IMG/VR virus record: IMGVR_UViG_2524614649_000001 | Origin: a virus | Taxonomy: Duplodnaviria; Caudoviricetes | Reading direction: 5' to 3' (one strand) | DNA length: 64,000 nt | Made by a program: the position numbers and the translations under genes | The notes under the pieces: model-generated | Databases searched by the model: none | What the model was told of the DNA's origin: nothing | What the model saw: only the letters and a program-made list of their open reading frames with translations | In this document: positions 17,882 to 26,669 of the stretch, piece after piece | Layout of the letters: each line of letters begins with the position of its first letter | How positions within the stretch are numbered: position 1 is the stretch's first letter

Positions 17882-18152
17882 CTCTTAGAAACACCTCTTC
17901 GTACACTTGCCTCACCAGCGCCGACGGTTCCACGCCGACGAGCCCCGCTCGTGCCTCTTTCAGGAGTCGGATTTTCTCCACATCCGACCCGATCTCGATG
18001 GTGGTCATGGTCTCCAACCACGCCTCCACCAAGGCTTCGAGCATTTTCATCATCAGAACATCCTTGGACATTTCACCCACCTCTACGATGGGTGCATAAC
18101 GACACACTGATTGGTCTGACAATTCAAATTTCATTATTTGGTCTTGGGTCAT
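17850..18152 (-). CDS. Putative DNA-binding protein
   Basis: RBS AGGGAG; C-terminal LLKEAR..LVGVEPSALVRQ is RHH/HTH-like. Confidence 0.5.
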   Translation of the reverse strand: MTQDQIMKFELSDQSVCRYAPIVEVGEMSKDVLMMKMLEALVEAWLETMTTIEIGSDVEKIRLLKEARAGLVGVEPSALVRQVYEEVFLRDVWSGETDRS

Positions 18153-18314
18153 AGTCTCCCTAAACCAGCGGATATGACTCCGCGTCACCGGATCGCCGAA
18201 GTGACCAGGTCACATGTTACATCTTTTACAGAGCCCCTCCCCGGGCTGGGTTGGGGCTTTGCGAATAAACTGCTGTGGGGACAATGAAATTTTCCCGCAC
18301 GTTGCGGTTAACGG

Positions 18315-18653
18315 TCAGTCGTTTCGACGAACGGCCTGATGGAGTTCGACGAACAACGGGACCGCTTCTGCGGCGATGGCAGGGCGCAGCCGATAAAAGC
18401 ACGTCCTGCCGAGTTTGCGACAGTCGAGAACGCCCGCCCGATACATCTTCGCCAGCCGGCGGCGAGCGGTGTCGTCGCTGATCTGGCCAATACGCTGGGC
18501 GACATAATCCGTTGTGATCTCGGGGGTTTCCGACAGATACGCTTCCAGCGCCACACATCCCACGGTGAAATTCACCAGTAGGCGGTGGAGCCTCAGCGTA
18601 TTGTCGAGCCGGCACCCGACGATCTGCCGCATCGCAGCTAAATCGTTTCGCAT
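18315..18653 (-). CDS. Winged-HTH protein (ArsR/MarR-like)
   Basis: DYVAQRIGQISDDTARRRLAKMYRAGVLDCRKLGRTCFYRL. Confidence 0.75.
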   Translation of the reverse strand: MRNDLAAMRQIVGCRLDNTLRLHRLLVNFTVGCVALEAYLSETPEITTDYVAQRIGQISDDTARRRLAKMYRAGVLDCRKLGRTCFYRLRPAIAAEAVPLFVELHQAVRRND

Positions 18654-18728
18654 GGTGCTCCTGCTTCAAAATGGACATAAATCCCTCGCTAGGTCAATGG
18701 TCGTTCACAAATTATCAACGCCAAAATC

Positions 18729-19517
18729 CTACATCGCAAGGAAATTCGTTCTCTTTTCGTTCTCATTCACGAAACCGGAACGATCGGCCTTGGCAAAGTT
18801 TCCTTTCGCTTTCAGACCCACCACCACACCGCGAGGGTCGGCAGGGCGGAAGTCGTGTTCATCGCCATCGATCACCGGTCGGCCGAGGTGTTGAGCCGGG
18901 AGTTCCTGAAAGAAGACCGACGCGATGTTCATGCCGCGAGCCATCTCGGCTGCGACATCTCCCGCGTTTATCTCGCTCTCGCTGAACGTCAGATGATAGT
19001 TGGCAGGCGGCGTGCGCCCCGGGATTTTGGTGTAATCGTAGAACGACACCTCCGGGAACAGGTCGATGATGTTGTCGGCGGTGCGGCCGATCTTGGCCGC
19101 CACATCCGGGAACAGGATGAAGCGGCGCTTCTCCCAGACGATGTCGCTAGTGCCGTTGAGGCGGACGCCGGGTTTCATGCCCTCGCGGCCAGCCTTGCGG
19201 ACGTGGGCCGCGATCTCGAGCGCCAGCAGGTTGAGGAACAGGTTGCGGTCACGGAAGAAGAGGTCGGTCTTGGCCACCCTCGACTTCGTCTTGGCGTCGA
19301 GCGTCACCGGGTTCCCGGCGAAGTGCAGACACGCCGCGCTGCAGCCAGGGCTGCGCTTCGGGCAGGTCTCCCTGCCCGACATGTTGCCTGGCGCAAGGTG
19401 GAGCACGGCGCCGAGCACGCCCACCTTCTTATTCTTCGCGACCTTCGGGTTTGCGTCCGGACGGGACAGCAGCGATCGAAGCCCCGCGCGGTCGCGGAGC
19501 TGCTTCAGTGATGACAT
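18729..19517 (-). CDS. GP88-family protein
   Basis: LHLAP...CPKRSPGCSAAC, VRLNGTSD, FYDYTK, YHLTFS, DGDEHDFR, VVGLKAKG. Confidence 0.85.
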   Translation of the reverse strand: MSSLKQLRDRAGLRSLLSRPDANPKVAKNKKVGVLGAVLHLAPGNMSGRETCPKRSPGCSAACLHFAGNPVTLDAKTKSRVAKTDLFFRDRNLFLNLLALEIAAHVRKAGREGMKPGVRLNGTSDIVWEKRRFILFPDVAAKIGRTADNIIDLFPEVSFYDYTKIPGRTPPANYHLTFSESEINAGDVAAEMARGMNIASVFFQELPAQHLGRPVIDGDEHDFRPADPRGVVVGLKAKGNFAKADRSGFVNENEKRTNFLAM

Positions 19518-19550
19518 GGAAATTGGTCCCCTGGTTCGGGGTGATCGGGT

Positions 19551-19772
19551 CTAGTCGGTGATAAAGCTGACGAAGGCGGCACCCTGCGGGACGCCGGCCT
19601 CATCGGCCGACGACACCTTCAGCTCGGCCCGCGCGGGCAGCTCGCCTTCGAGGGGTTCGGGCAGGTCGACGCCGAAGTAGCGGCCGTCTTCCAGCTCGAG
19701 GATCAGACGACGATCGCCAGCCATCTCAACGGTGGCGAACGTCACGGTGGTGGGCTGGGTGCGCTTGGTCAT
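19551..19772 (-). CDS. Hypothetical protein
   Basis: ORF with its RBS inside a 12-bp hairpin. Confidence 0.65.
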   Translation of the reverse strand: MTKRTQPTTVTFATVEMAGDRRLILELEDGRYFGVDLPEPLEGELPARAELKVSSADEAGVPQGAAFVSFITD

Positions 19773-19825
19773 GCCCGCCGTCCTGCCGCGTGGTGGCGGC
19801 AGGACGGAAGGATAGACCGGTCAAC

Positions 19826-20997
19826 CTAAGTCAACCGCACCCGTGCTTCGACCTCTTCGAGGCGGTAGCGGGTGTCGTCGTGCGGCAATTTATTACCCTT
19901 GCCGGCCCAGATTTGGACGATTGCGACGAGCCAGTCGTCGTCGCCATCGCCGAGCGGCTTGCCCATCAACGCGCTGAAGGTTTCGAGCGACGGCTTTTCG
20001 GGCCACCACGCTTCGAGGTTGTTGTCGGGTTGGTCGTAATTGTTCGCGACCGAGAAGAGGCACCAAATCTTATTCATCTTGGATTTCCTGCCAGAAGGCG
20101 AACACATCCGGGGCGTCGTTGTTGTAGATTTCGAGGTCGTCCAACGAGTAGCGACCGCGGTCCTTGAGGAACCAGTCCTTCATCTCCTCACGGGTGCCGG
20201 AGAAGACGACGGACTGGCCCTCGTAGGGTTCGTGGTGGAAGACCGAGTAGGTCGGCTCAGTCGACATCCATCTCGTTCCGATGAAAGCTGTCATCGAGCG
20301 ACGGCGTGTCGAGCGGGGGCTCTTCCGGTTCGGGCGTGCAGCTGAAGCAGTAAGGGTCGCTACCCTCGCCGTGATCGATGAAATCCGAGCATTTCTCGCA
20401 GATGCGTTCGGTCTCACTGTAGCCGTCGACGCAGAAGCCGCCGCTGGCGTCGATCACGATGGCCGTGTCACCGACCTCACGATCTTGGTCGTTCCAGGCT
20501 TCGATTTCCATCGCGGTCGGCGACAGGCCGGTCTCGACATAATCGTCGGCACAGCGACGGGCGGCGGCGGCGTCGGGGGCTTCGACCTCGACGATGATGA
20601 AGGACTTCACGTCCACCTTGAACTTAGGCACGGGCAATCACCTCGTTGTCGAGCTGGACCTCGACGATCTTGACTTTGCTGATGTGGTCCTCGTCGACGC
20701 CCATGCTCATGATGTGCTCGGCGAAACCGGCGTTGGTCATCGGGCCGTCGTAGACGCCGGCCGTGATGATGAATTTGGCGGTGACCTCGTAGACGACGTC
20801 GATACGGTCGTGGGTGCCGGTCATAACCCTGACGGCAGTCCATGAGCGGCCTTGACCGTGAGCGGCCCATTGCCACTGTCATGATAGGTTGTGCCGATGT
20901 AATTTCCGTGTCGGTCGTAGTTGACGCGGCTAGATAAGCGGGGGTTGGTCAAGCCCCCGCAGGCACAGTAGCAGCGATAAGAGATGGTGCTCGTCAT
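19826..20997 (-). CDS. Five coupled small hypothetical ORFs (19826-20077, 20070-20267, 20257-20637, 20624-20824, 20821-20997)
   Basis: Overlapping start/stop codons; the 58-aa 20821-20997 ORF was read by hand. Confidence 0.6.
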
Positions 20998-22070
20998 CAC
21001 AGCGTCCTCTCAGCACCGTGGAACTTCGTGACGACCGGGAAGCGCGGGACGCCGTCCGGGGTCAGGGCGAAGAACCGGACGGTTACGACCTTGTGCTGCT
21101 CACCAAGAAGGGAAGCCGCGCGCTCACGAGTTCCGCGGATGCCTGCTCCGAAAACGCGACCATCAGGAAGGCGGCAGCTGACGCGCTTTGCGACGCCCGC
21201 CCAGTTGCCGTTGCCCTCGTCGATCGAAATGACCTCATATTCCGCATCCTGGAACTCCTTCCGCTTCAGCAGGCTCTTCGAACGCTTCTGCTCGTAGAGC
21301 GCGTCGAGGCGGACCATCTGGCCTTCGTAACCGGCTTCGAGCCAGCGGCCGTAGAGCTCATCAAGCTCCACCGCGCTCTGCACCAGGACGGTTTCGACCG
21401 GGACGATCCAGCCGCAGGCGAGCGACTTGAACATCGTCGCCAGATCGTCCGCGCGGAAGCGGAACGGGCTGTTGCCGACCGAGGGCACGTCGTAGACGTG
21501 ATACTGCATCACGGCTTCCGCCTTCTCGAGGTCGGCCGCCGACGGCTTGGCCTTGCGGACGATCGAGCTGATCTCGCCGAAGTCATCCTTCAGGTCGTGG
21601 TTGTAGAGCTCGCCGTCGAGGATCAGGCCGGGGTTGGCCTCGAACAGCGGCGCGAGCGCGGCGTGGATATGCGGCACGGCGGTGATCGGCTTGCCCTGGC
21701 GGGAGAACATGCCGTCCTTGGTCGTGATGCAGCGGATGCCGTCCAGCTTCGGCTGGGCGAAGACCGGGAACGAGGTCGGCGCATATTCCTTCGCCAGCAT
21801 CGGCTTGAAGAAGTGCGCGCCGCCGTCCGTCGCCTCGATCGTGCGATGATATTCGCGCGTCAGCTTGTTGTCGTAGGCCGACTTGATCTCGAAGTTGGCC
21901 TGCGCCTCGTCGGTCGACTGGCTGGCGGCTTTGGCCTGCGTCCAGCCGGTCACCGCGAGGGTGCCGTCGACGAGGCCGGAGTGGACGCGGTAGCGCGAGC
22001 CGTCCTGCTCGATGAACCAGGTCCGGAGCCGGCCCTGGCTATCACGCTTGTAGATGCGATCGTGGTTCAT
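20997..22070 (-). CDS. lig: ATP-dependent DNA ligase
   Basis: QPKLDGIR (motif I), LDGEL, YHVYD, EGQMVR, LLKRK, PRFP. Confidence 0.96.
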   Translation of the reverse strand: MNHDRIYKRDSQGRLRTWFIEQDGSRYRVHSGLVDGTLAVTGWTQAKAASQSTDEAQANFEIKSAYDNKLTREYHRTIEATDGGAHFFKPMLAKEYAPTSFPVFAQPKLDGIRCITTKDGMFSRQGKPITAVPHIHAALAPLFEANPGLILDGELYNHDLKDDFGEISSIVRKAKPSAADLEKAEAVMQYHVYDVPSVGNSPFRFRADDLATMFKSLACGWIVPVETVLVQSAVELDELYGRWLEAGYEGQMVRLDALYEQKRSKSLLKRKEFQDAEYEVISIDEGNGNWAGVAKRVSCRLPDGRVFGAGIRGTRERAASLLGEQHKVVTVRFFALTPDGVPRFPVVTKFHGAERTL

Positions 22071-22294
22071 GCGTTGTGCCCGTGAATTTTGGTGGTGATC
22101 TTGCGGATTTCGTCCGCAGCTTTGGCCAGGCTCGCGCCTGCCCGAGGGTTGGGGTTGGTCGGCGCGATCTTGCCGTGCTCGAGGGCGTCAGCCGCGGTGT
22201 CGAGGAAGCGGGCGAAAACGCCCGCCGCCCCGCCACGCTTGATGCGGATGACGATCTCATCGCTCTCGAAGTCGCGAGTGACGTTGACGGCCAT
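22067..22294 (-). CDS. Hypothetical protein
   Basis: ATGA coupling. Confidence 0.65.
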   Translation of the reverse strand: MAVNVTRDFESDEIVIRIKRGGAAGVFARFLDTAADALEHGKIAPTNPNPRAGASLAKAADEIRKITTKIHGHNA

Positions 22295-22683
22295 CAGTTC
22301 AGCTTCGGCCCGAGGGTGCTGACCGCCAGCGAGGTCTCGGTCAGCTCGATTTGGATTTCGAACGCGGTGTCGAGACCCGGGATTTCATCGAGCGCGATGC
22401 CTTCGCAGAAGTCGTCACCGCCGCAGAGGCTGCGGGCAGTTTCGTAGAAGTCGTCATCGACGCCGGGGTTGCACCCCTTGGCGTAGACGACGACACACTT
22501 CTCACCTTCGCCGGTCAGCTGCCGCGGATCGGTCGGGGCCATGAGGTAGGCTCCTTGATCCTTGACCAGCATCAGGCTCGGGGCGACGGGTTCGCCGTAG
22601 ACCGATTGACCTTCGGGGTTCGCCCGCGAGTGCGCGATGATCGACTTCAGCGTGTCGTCGACGGGGAAGACGAGCAACCCCAT
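22294..22683 (-). CDS. DUF3085-like protein
   Basis: LVKDQGAYLM...YAKGCNP...GGDDF. Confidence 0.8.
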   Translation of the reverse strand: MGLLVFPVDDTLKSIIAHSRANPEGQSVYGEPVAPSLMLVKDQGAYLMAPTDPRQLTGEGEKCVVVYAKGCNPGVDDDFYETARSLCGGDDFCEGIALDEIPGLDTAFEIQIELTETSLAVSTLGPKLN

Positions 22684-22889
22684 CAGCCGACGTCCTTGTC
22701 GCCGGCCAGGTCTTCGAGCCAGCCAAGCCCTTCCTCGACGGCGTCCGGGTCGGCGCGCAGTCGCGTCTGGATTTCCTTGGCGAGGCCGCGACCGCGGTCA
22801 TTGAAGAGCTCGACGATGGCGACGAAGACGTCGGCCGCCTGCTCGTCGGTGAGTTCGTAGGTGTTGTCGATGATGTTCTGGACGTTCAT
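22683..22889 (-). CDS. Small acidic hypothetical protein
   Basis: ATG at 22889 with GGAG RBS. Confidence 0.65.
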   Translation of the reverse strand: MNVQNIIDNTYELTDEQAADVFVAIVELFNDRGRGLAKEIQTRLRADPDAVEEGLGWLEDLAGDKDVG

Positions 22890-22939
22890 GTTGGTCTCCA
22901 GTTGGGGGCGAGGCCATGACTCCTCGCCCCCGGTCGGCG

Positions 22940-23221
22940 TCACGCGACGAGTCGGATTTCGAACTCTTCGGTGACCTGCAGCGGCCGGAGCTCCAGCGTC
23001 TTGCTGTCGCTTTCCAGCCAGAGGCGTGCCCCACACGGCAACGGATCGTGGGGGCGGTAAACGAACTTGCCGACGACCTGTCCGTCGACGACGAGCTCGA
23101 CTTCATGGGCGCGCTTGGCGCCCTTGTAGTTGCGAACGATGATGGGCGGCTCCAGCTCGCCGTCAGTGCGCTTGCGGTTGGCCGCGATGGCGCACTGGGC
23201 GACGTGCAGGACCTGCTTCAC
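22940..23221 (-). CDS. Conserved phage hypothetical protein
   Basis: IHV.Q..I..N...VY.P.DPL.CGAR.W.E pattern seen in many phages. Confidence 0.7.
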   Translation of the reverse strand: MKQVLHVAQCAIAANRKRTDGELEPPIIVRNYKGAKRAHEVELVVDGQVVGKFVYRPHDPLPCGARLWLESDSKTLELRPLQVTEEFEIRLVA

Positions 23222-24453
23222 TCGGTCGGCCCCAGCAGCCAGCGCCAGAAGCCCTTGCGGGTCTCTTTCTGCTCGACGTGGAAGTCGACGAGATCATACT
23301 GGGCTTCCTTGGCCCGCCCATCCGGATGCCAGCCGCGGGTGACCCAACGGCCACACTCCAGAACCTGGCCGACCGCACCGGTGTCGAACACCTTGTCGAC
23401 CCGCGCCAGCGAGCCGTTGCGGAGCCGGAACTTGACGCCCTCTTCGGGCTCGACCGTCTCGACGACATCATCCAGCAGCTCGACAAGGTCGAACGGATGG
23501 TTGTCCTGACAGTCCGAGAAGAACCCTCCCTCCGTCCAGGTTTGCTCTTCCCCGTCGAGCCTGCCGGAGATCGGGTAGTAGAAGTCACCCTCATCAATCG
23601 CATCGATATAGGCGATCGAGCCGCCGCGGGTCCGATAACGCTCGCCGACACGGATGTCTTCAAGGCCGTCGGCGTCGTCATGACTGTAGCTGTAGTCGTA
23701 GCTCGACACCGGGCTCGGGAAGAAGTCCTTCGCCTTGGCCGGCGGGATTTCGCCGACGACCTCGTAGCGGCAAGCGCGGCCCTTCGAGACGTTGTAGTCG
23801 CGCGGGAACGCGACGACGTCCTTGGGGTGCAGCTTGACGACCAGCACGCGCCGGTTGCCGTTGTAGGCGCCGAACGCGGGGAGGTAGGCCGTCGAGCAGA
23901 AGTGCAGGCCGTAGCTGCAGGTCCGATCGGGGTCCTCGTCGCACTCGTTACGCGGCTGCTCGACGACGTTGCCGATCGAGTTGTCCATCGTGCCGGTGTG
24001 GCAGTCGGTGTAGTCGGCGTTGACGATCTTCCACGCGAGGATGTCGCCCTCGGGGGTGATCGGCAGACCCGACCGGTCGCACCAGTCGTAGAGACCCTGC
24101 ACCGCGCGGCGGCTCGGGTTCTCCATGACCTTCTCGAAGAAGGCCATCAGCGGCTTGGCCATGCCTTCCTGCCCTTCGTCCATGAAGTGCAGGATGCGGC
24201 GGGTGAGCCCGCTGTCGATCGCACGGCCCTTGTAGTAGAGCGTGCGGTCGACGAGCTGGATTTCGCCCTGCATGTAATCGGCGATCGCGGCCGGCAGGTC
24301 CATCAGTCGATAGACCTCGTTGTCGTTACCGGCCTTGAGGGCCGTCACCACCTGGTCGAAGGCGGCGTGGGTGTGGGGCATGGTCTTCGGGACGAAGTCC
24401 TTGCCCAGGATCGTGACCGACGTGTCGGACAGGGTGTAGTGGACGTTGCTCAT
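23218..24453 (-). CDS. rIIB: rIIB-like protein with a C-terminal repeat extension
   Basis: F.EKVMENPS, GLPIT..GDILAWK, CDEDPDRTCSYGLHFC, DVVAFP.DY...KGRACRY. Confidence 0.92.
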   Translation of the reverse strand: MSNVHYTLSDTSVTILGKDFVPKTMPHTHAAFDQVVTALKAGNDNEVYRLMDLPAAIADYMQGEIQLVDRTLYYKGRAIDSGLTRRILHFMDEGQEGMAKPLMAFFEKVMENPSRRAVQGLYDWCDRSGLPITPEGDILAWKIVNADYTDCHTGTMDNSIGNVVEQPRNECDEDPDRTCSYGLHFCSTAYLPAFGAYNGNRRVLVVKLHPKDVVAFPRDYNVSKGRACRYEVVGEIPPAKAKDFFPSPVSSYDYSYSHDDADGLEDIRVGERYRTRGGSIAYIDAIDEGDFYYPISGRLDGEEQTWTEGGFFSDCQDNHPFDLVELLDDVVETVEPEEGVKFRLRNGSLARVDKVFDTGAVGQVLECGRWVTRGWHPDGRAKEAQYDLVDFHVEQKETRKGFWRWLLGPTE

Positions 24454-26591
24454 TACAGGTTCTCCTGGAAGAGGCGCATGTCGTCCTCATCCATGATGTG
24501 AGACAGAGCGGTGAGGAGGCGCGCGGCCTTCCACTGCTTGCTGCGGAACTGCGTGTTGAGCTCTTCCGGCTTGATGCGGCCGGGGAGCTTGGCGGTGACG
24601 AACTGGGCCAGCTTCAGCTGATGCTGGTCCAGCGGTTCGACGTAGGTCTTGTAGATGCTGAAGATGCGACCGAGCGGCTTCTTCGAGGTGAAGTCGGTGC
24701 CCGGGTGGCGGCGGAAGAAGTCGAAGAGCCAGCGGAGGCTGGAGTTGCTGACCGCGAGGCGAGCCGCGAGGTCCGGATATTTGGCCAGCTCGGCCTTCTT
24801 CCGGTTCTCGAACTCGACCGCATAGTCGGTCCAGTTGCCCTTCGGCAGCTTCTTGGCGTCGCCGGAGTTGACGAACGACAGCTCGCTCCAGCGGAGCAGC
24901 CCCGAGTCCACCTTCTCACGAAGGTCGTCCGGGATGTTGAACGTCTCCATGACGACGAGGATGCCGGTCTCCGGCTGGTCGGCGTAAGCGATCTCTTCCA
25001 CACCGTCCTTGCCGTAGGCGCCGGGGTTGATGTTGTTCGAGTTACGGCGCCAGTCGTAGCCACGGGCGGTGGTCCCGTCGTAGCTGAACATCCGGACCTT
25101 CGGACGGTTCAGGTTCTTGCTGTAGGTCCGCTCCATGACCGGCTCCGGCAGCGAAGACGTCAGCACGACCTGGTCATGCGGCGGGTAGCCCATGCCAGCG
25201 ACGATCTCGGCCGGCGTCAGCTCGACGTCGACGTCCGGACGGATGACCATCAGGCGCCCGCCGTTCTCGTCGGCGAACTCCTTGATCTTCTTGATCGCCT
25301 TGTGCTTCGGGGTCTGCGGCAGGTCGTCGATCACCAGCGCGGCGAACCGCCCCGGCTGGAAGCCGTGCTTGCCGGGATATTCGAACTTGGCCGACCCGAT
25401 CTGCTTGATCGTGCCGCCACGGCCGCGGCGCTCCCGGCGAGCGTCGATTTCCCAGACGGTGAAGCCGCTGACGTCGACCAACTTCTTCTCACCCCAGCTG
25501 GTCTCGCGCTGGGCGAGCATCGGAAAGGCCAGGCTGGTCTCGAGCTTCGCGCCTTTCCACTTCGCATGCTCCGACAGGAACTTGGCCCGTGCGCTGTAGT
25601 GGTTGTCGCCGAGCTCATTATGCAGGGCGACGGCGGCTTCCCACGGGCTGTCGATGTGGTCGAACATGGTCGAGAAGCTCTCGGCCACCTCTTCGATCAC
25701 CGCCTCACAGGCGAGACGGATCGCCTCGATCGTGCGGTCGTCATAGCTGAGGGCTTCACGCGACAGCGCGACCGAGCAGGTGCCGATCGGCAGGCGCAGG
25801 TCCAGGCCGTATTCGAGCAGCTTGCGGGCGGCGCTGTCCTCGGGGAACTTGTAGGTGAGGTTGCTCGCCGACACCGGGTAGAGGATGCCACCCATGATGA
25901 CGTTGAGCGCGCCTGCGTTCTGACGCATGCCCCAGGTCTTGCCCTTCGAGACGTAGGCCGGCGGGGTGAACCCGCCGCCGACGGCGTTCTTCACCTCGGG
26001 CAGCGGCTCGAAGTAGCGCAGCGCCTCGAACGCCGCTTCCTCGAACGTGGTGAAGTCTTCCGGCTTGACCGGGAAGCTCACCTCGACGCCGTTCGGCTGG
26101 TCGGTGACGCGCTGGCCGAGCAGGCCGATCGCCGGGATGCCGTCGTCGTCCTTGAACACCGAGTAGGCGCTCTCGACGCCGTCGAACCTTGAGGTCACGG
26201 TGTATTGGTCGACATAAGCAAATGGCGATTTGCTGCCGATGCCGAAGCCGCCGATCGCTTCGTTCGAGCTGTCCTTGGTCGAGCCGTCGGCGTAGCACAT
26301 GAACGACGTCATCATGAAGTCGTGGCTCATGCCCAGGCCGTGGTCGCGGACGCGGAACACGGGGTCGAGCAGGGTTGGGAGCCACACCTCGATCGGCAGG
26401 TCGGGCTTGCCGGCCATGACGTGGCTGTCCAGTGCGTTGGCGGCCAGCTCGCGGCAGATGGCGCGCGGCTTGTTGGCGTAGGTCTGGTCGGCGAAGAAGT
26501 TGAAGATCTTCGGCGACGTCTTGATGGTGGCTCGGGCGACCTGCTGGACGCCGTTCGTCACAATGGTGCGATTTTCTTTGTCGAGAAGCAT
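24453..26591 (-). CDS. rIIA: rIIA-like protein (GHKL ATPase N-terminus)
   Basis: RELAANALDSH, RDHGLGMS, STK, GGFGIGSKSPFAY; adjacent to rIIB. Confidence 0.92.
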   Translation of the reverse strand: MLLDKENRTIVTNGVQQVARATIKTSPKIFNFFADQTYANKPRAICRELAANALDSHVMAGKPDLPIEVWLPTLLDPVFRVRDHGLGMSHDFMMTSFMCYADGSTKDSSNEAIGGFGIGSKSPFAYVDQYTVTSRFDGVESAYSVFKDDDGIPAIGLLGQRVTDQPNGVEVSFPVKPEDFTTFEEAAFEALRYFEPLPEVKNAVGGGFTPPAYVSKGKTWGMRQNAGALNVIMGGILYPVSASNLTYKFPEDSAARKLLEYGLDLRLPIGTCSVALSREALSYDDRTIEAIRLACEAVIEEVAESFSTMFDHIDSPWEAAVALHNELGDNHYSARAKFLSEHAKWKGAKLETSLAFPMLAQRETSWGEKKLVDVSGFTVWEIDARRERRGRGGTIKQIGSAKFEYPGKHGFQPGRFAALVIDDLPQTPKHKAIKKIKEFADENGGRLMVIRPDVDVELTPAEIVAGMGYPPHDQVVLTSSLPEPVMERTYSKNLNRPKVRMFSYDGTTARGYDWRRNSNNINPGAYGKDGVEEIAYADQPETGILVVMETFNIPDDLREKVDSGLLRWSELSFVNSGDAKKLPKGNWTDYAVEFENRKKAELAKYPDLAARLAVSNSSLRWLFDFFRRHPGTDFTSKKPLGRIFSIYKTYVEPLDQHQLKLAQFVTAKLPGRIKPEELNTQFRSKQWKAARLLTALSHIMDEDDMRLFQENL

Positions 26592-26669
26592 TTTGGCAAT
26601 ATCCTGTTGATCCGGTGGGACGACTGTCCCACCGGGCGCGGTTTGTTGAGATGCTGTGGAGGAAGTGAC

